A stretch of DNA of 64,000 nt from Selaginella moellendorffii (Eukaryota > Plantae > Lycopodiophyta): the NCBI RefSeq assembly GCF_000143415.4, contig NW_003314262.1, forward strand, positions 3,358,405 to 3,422,404, in the 5' to 3' direction. This document shows positions 62,221-64,000 of the stretch, in pieces. The notes under the pieces are model-generated. The model saw only the letters and a list, made by a program, of their open reading frames with translations. It was not told where the DNA came from and did no database searches. Numbering within the stretch: the stretch's first letter is position 1; each line of letters begins with the position of its first letter. A program made the position numbers and the translations under genes.

Positions 62221-62519
62221 GTTCTTCGAATTGTTGCTTGAGTGGGGATTGTTCTTCGAGCTTCTTGGCGTTTGGATCGGAGTGAGTCGTCTGTTTCCAT
62301 CGATCGAGTCGAGCTTCCTGTGATTTGGATCGAGCTTCTTGTCATTTTGATCGGATGAGTTTGTTTGGAATGAATGGAAAGAAAGACCAAATTTTAAATC
62401 GTTCGAATATTATTTGTCGCTCGAGTTTTAAGTTTTAGGGTTCTTTGAATCGAGTTTAATGTTTTAGGGTTCTTCAGTGGTGGGATCCCAATTCTCGCGA
62501 CGGGGGAGGTTGGATTTCG

Positions 62520-62879
62520 ATGGCGAGCAATGGCGCGGCATCGTCATCGAGCGCGACAGCGACGACGACGGTGACGCTGCAACAGCCGCGGCAACCGGAG
62601 AGGCTGACGCTGCGCCTGGCGCCGCGGCGCAAGAAGAAGGTGAGTTGGAAGGCGGACACTGTCGACAACGAGTTCTTGGACAAGAAGAGCTCCAAGATTT
62701 GCTGCATTTTCCACAAGGAGGAGGAATTCACGGACAGCAGCAGCAGCGAAGACGATGGCGATCCGGGCGATGAGAAGAAGAAGATGAAGAAGAAGGAGAA
62801 ATTGGAACGGAAGAGCTCGAGAATGGATGGATCGTCCTCTTCCAAACACCATGAACACCACGAGTGTTGTAAGAAATAA
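62520..62879 (+). CDS. INH3: Protein phosphatase 1 inhibitor-3 (Ypi1/PPP1R11 family)
   Basis: RVxF-type KKKVSW, TVDNE.L.KKSSKICCIFHK, acidic/Ser tract. Confidence 0.93.
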   Translation: MASNGAASSSSATATTTVTLQQPRQPERLTLRLAPRRKKKVSWKADTVDNEFLDKKSSKICCIFHKEEEFTDSSSSEDDGDPGDEKKKMKKKEKLERKSSRMDGSSSSKHHEHHECCKK

Positions 62880-62948
62880 GCTAGTCTCGGCCGTCGGTTG
62901 TTTCGAATCCAACGGTCCTCGTGCTTCTTGACGCCAAGGTTTCTGGTG

Positions 62949-64000
62949 ATGGCGATGGCGCTGGCGCGCGCCCGGGTAGCGCATTTTGCGAGAGGCGCGG
63001 CCGGGATCGGCAGCGCGCATCACAGGAGGTAATGTGATCCATTTCGATCGATCGATTCTTCGTTGCTGATGGAAGCTAGGGTTTATCAGGGGCAATACGA
63101 CCTCTATTCACGACTTTGATCTGTTTGGCAAAATGAAAGAGAGCTCGGGGCGCGTCGCCGTGGATGCGTAAGTTCTCTTTTTTTTACGGAAACTCCATTG
63201 GTTTCTTTCTTTTGCTTGAGGTTCTTTGTTTCTCTTGAGTTTTTTAAGAAAAAACTTGAGCCCTTGTTTTCCTTCTTCTATATTTTTTGCTTTGAGAACT
63301 TCTGTGTTTATTTGTTTCTCTTGCGTTTTATGAGAAGTTTGAGAACTCGAGCTCTTTTGTTTTCCTTCTTCTAGATTTTTTGCTTTGAGAACTTCTGTGT
63401 TTCTTTGTTTCTCCTGCGCTTTTTGAGAAGTTTGAGAACTTGAGCTCTTTTTATTTCTTTCTTCTAGATTCAACTTCGTTTTCTTTGTTTCTCTTGCGAT
63501 TTTTGAGAAGTTTGAGAACTTTAAGCTCTTCTTTTTTCTATGGTGTTTTTTCTTTATGTTAATCTTTCTCACTTCTGTGCAGACTAAGTGAGGAAAGCTT
63601 CTCGGTGGATCAGGTCGAATATTTCGATTCAATCATATGCCTTAGCAAGTTTGTCCTGTCATGGACTCCGAAAACGTTTGAAGAAATCACCCCCGAAAGG
63701 TCTGTTTTCCTTTCTTTTCCTTCGTGCTAGTTTCTCTAAACTGAAACGATCGTCTTTGCAGCTTGGCGATTGTTGATCTACTGACTCCAACTCCAGGTTC
63801 TCCACTGAAACACTCCAGCTCTCGCAAACTTCTCTAATGTTTTCTCCATCTCCACAGAGATCTTGGTGCTCGGAACCGGGAACACGACGAAGTTTCCCAG
63901 CAAAGAAGTGAAGGAGTTTCTTAAATCCAGAAATATCAAGATCGAATCCGTCGATTCGGTACGTCTCGTAACAATTCCATTTTGTCCTCACTCGCAAAGT
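62949..64000 (+). CDS. NDUFAF3: NDUFAF3 / Mth938-domain protein, partial (runs off the window)
   Basis: Spliced reading FSVDQVEYFDSIICL..FVLSWTP..FEEITPESL.......PEILVLGTG...VKEFLKS.NIKIESVDS; mitochondrial-like N-terminus. Confidence 0.8.
63200..63530. repeat. ~93-bp tandem repeat (~3 degenerate copies) inside an NDUFAF3 intron
   Basis: TTTTTGCTTTGAGAACTTCTGTGTTT and GAGAAGTTTGAGAACT recur at ~93-nt spacing. Confidence 0.85.

Noticed and set aside
63108-63632. 174-aa Lys-rich repeat ORF
   Set aside because: Antisense reading of a T-rich intronic 93-bp repeat.

Overview
Compact, gene-dense eukaryotic (land-plant) genomic DNA. Short 50-70 nt GT-AG introns, PLS-class PPR genes and telo-boxes point to a lycophyte such as Selaginella; this is inferred, not checked. 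The left half (1-31.4 kb) is mostly transposon and duplication debris: degenerate Gypsy remnants, a PD-(D/E)xK nuclease + kinase gene, a decayed duplicate (8.5-15.0 kb) of the 35.4-46.4 kb gene block with a young RT-only Copia inserted in it, an 8.4-kb Gypsy with a nested hAT, and a Helitron-like element that carries an AP-endonuclease domain yet ends in hairpin+CTAG. That CTAG supplies the stop codon of a catalytically degenerate acid-phosphatase-like gene. The right half holds an orphan 4-TM protein, a TPR-SET pseudogene, an MCCA pseudogene, a Pro-rich/cadherin-like membrane protein, a tocopherol-cyclase-like gene, a PPR, an HDAC-family gene, an nsLTP, a YqaJ nuclease, LIP1, an HSPA12-like Hsp70, CSE1, INH3 and the start of an NDUFAF3-like gene. 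The best leads are the Crinkler-like REase-kinase, the EN-bearing Helitron with canonical 3' end fused to a host stop codon, the inverted PPR duplication with telomeric filler, and several genes of fungal or bacterial-type families. Gene models were spliced by eye and no searches were run.
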